The position numbers were made by a program, and so were the translations under genes. A stretch of DNA of 64,000 nt from an uncultured delta proteobacterium (GTDB taxonomy: Bacteria; Myxococcota; Myxococcia; Myxococcales; Anaeromyxobacteraceae), in the NCBI GenBank assembly GCA_963814585.1, contig CAWFDF010000004.1, positions 384,001 through 448,000 on the forward strand. Reading direction: 5' to 3'. The notes under the pieces were generated by a model. The model ran no database searches, was not told the origin of the DNA, and worked only from the letters and a program-made list of their open reading frames with translations. This document shows, piece after piece, positions 63,356 through 64,000 of this stretch. Every line of letters starts with the position of its first letter. Position 1 is the first letter of the stretch.

Positions 63356-64000
63356 TCAGCTCGCCAGCTCCACCCACACCTCGACGAGGTGGCGGGCCGT
63401 CAGGACCGCCTTCTCCAGCCCCTCCACCTCCAGCCACTCGGTGGGGCCGTGGAAGTTGTGGCCGCCGGCGAAGACGTTGGGCGTCGGCAGTCCCATGGCG
63501 GTGAGGCGCGAGCCGTCGGTGCCGCCGCGGATGGGGACCCAGCGCGGCTCGACGCCGGCCCGGCGCGTCGCCTCCTCCAGCGCCCCGGCCACCTCCGGCA
63601 CCTCGGCCAGCCGGTCGCGCATGTTCCGGTAGCTCGGCTTGACCTCGAGCACGAGCCGGGCCCCGGGGTGGAGCGGCCGGACCTCCTTGAGGATGGCCTC
63701 GAGGATCCGCCGCTGCCGCTTCAGCCCGGCCTCGTCGAAGTCCCGCAGCAGCAGCCTCACGCTGGCCACGGCCTCCTCGCCGCCCGCGGCGTGCGGGTGG
63801 ATGAACCCCTGGTGGCCCTCGGTCCGCTCCGGCGAGAGGTCGCGCGGCAGCCGCACGATGACGTCGGCCAGCGCCCGCAGCGCGTTGACCATCACTCCCT
63901 TGGCCTCGCCGGGGTGGATGTTCCGGCCCTGGACGGTGATGGTGGCGCCGTCGGCGCTGAAGGTCTCCTTGTTCAGCTCCCCGGCCGCCCCGCCGTCGAA
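63356..64000 (-). CDS. pepT: Peptidase T (partial; 5' end lies beyond the window)
   Basis: ETFSA, HPG.AK, IRGGTDGSRL and PN.FAGGHNFHG..EW motifs. Confidence 0.93.
   Translation of the reverse strand, partial: FDGGAAGELNKETFSADGATITVQGRNIHPGEAKGVMVNALRALADVIVRLPRDLSPERTEGHQGFIHPHAAGGEEAVASVRLLLRDFDEAGLKRQRRILEAILKEVRPLHPGARLVLEVKPSYRNMRDRLAEVPEVAGALEEATRRAGVEPRWVPIRGGTDGSRLTAMGLPTPNVFAGGHNFHGPTEWLEVEGLEKAVLTARHLVEVWVELAS

Overview
Very GC-rich bacterial DNA whose gene content (TIGR04551-like barrel, zinc-ribbon/GYF/TPR protein, Roadblock protein, split nuo genes, myxobacterial-type HNH protein) suggests Myxococcota, most likely Anaeromyxobacter-like; this is inference, not a database result. 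Most of the window is housekeeping: rnz, fsa, kdsD, folK, argH-lipoprotein-lysA-dapA-dapB, mce, spmAB, TolC, hslO, selB, selA, nuoLMN, two two-component systems, larA, fadIJ and a partial pepT. The unusual part is about 9.7-15.3 kb. It holds a dispersed family of ~155-bp structured inverted-repeat elements with covarying stems, a long HNH endonuclease gene with a putative leaderless RecA-NDp/PafBC-like promoter, a 16-bp minisatellite, an orphan IS-end-like sequence followed by an IS91-like transposase remnant, and an uncharacterised HExxxH zincin-like protein with a sigma-54 motif. Several genes carry single-base frameshifts, three of them an extra A that creates TCGA; these are probably assembly errors. 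No rRNA, tRNA or CRISPR array was recognised.
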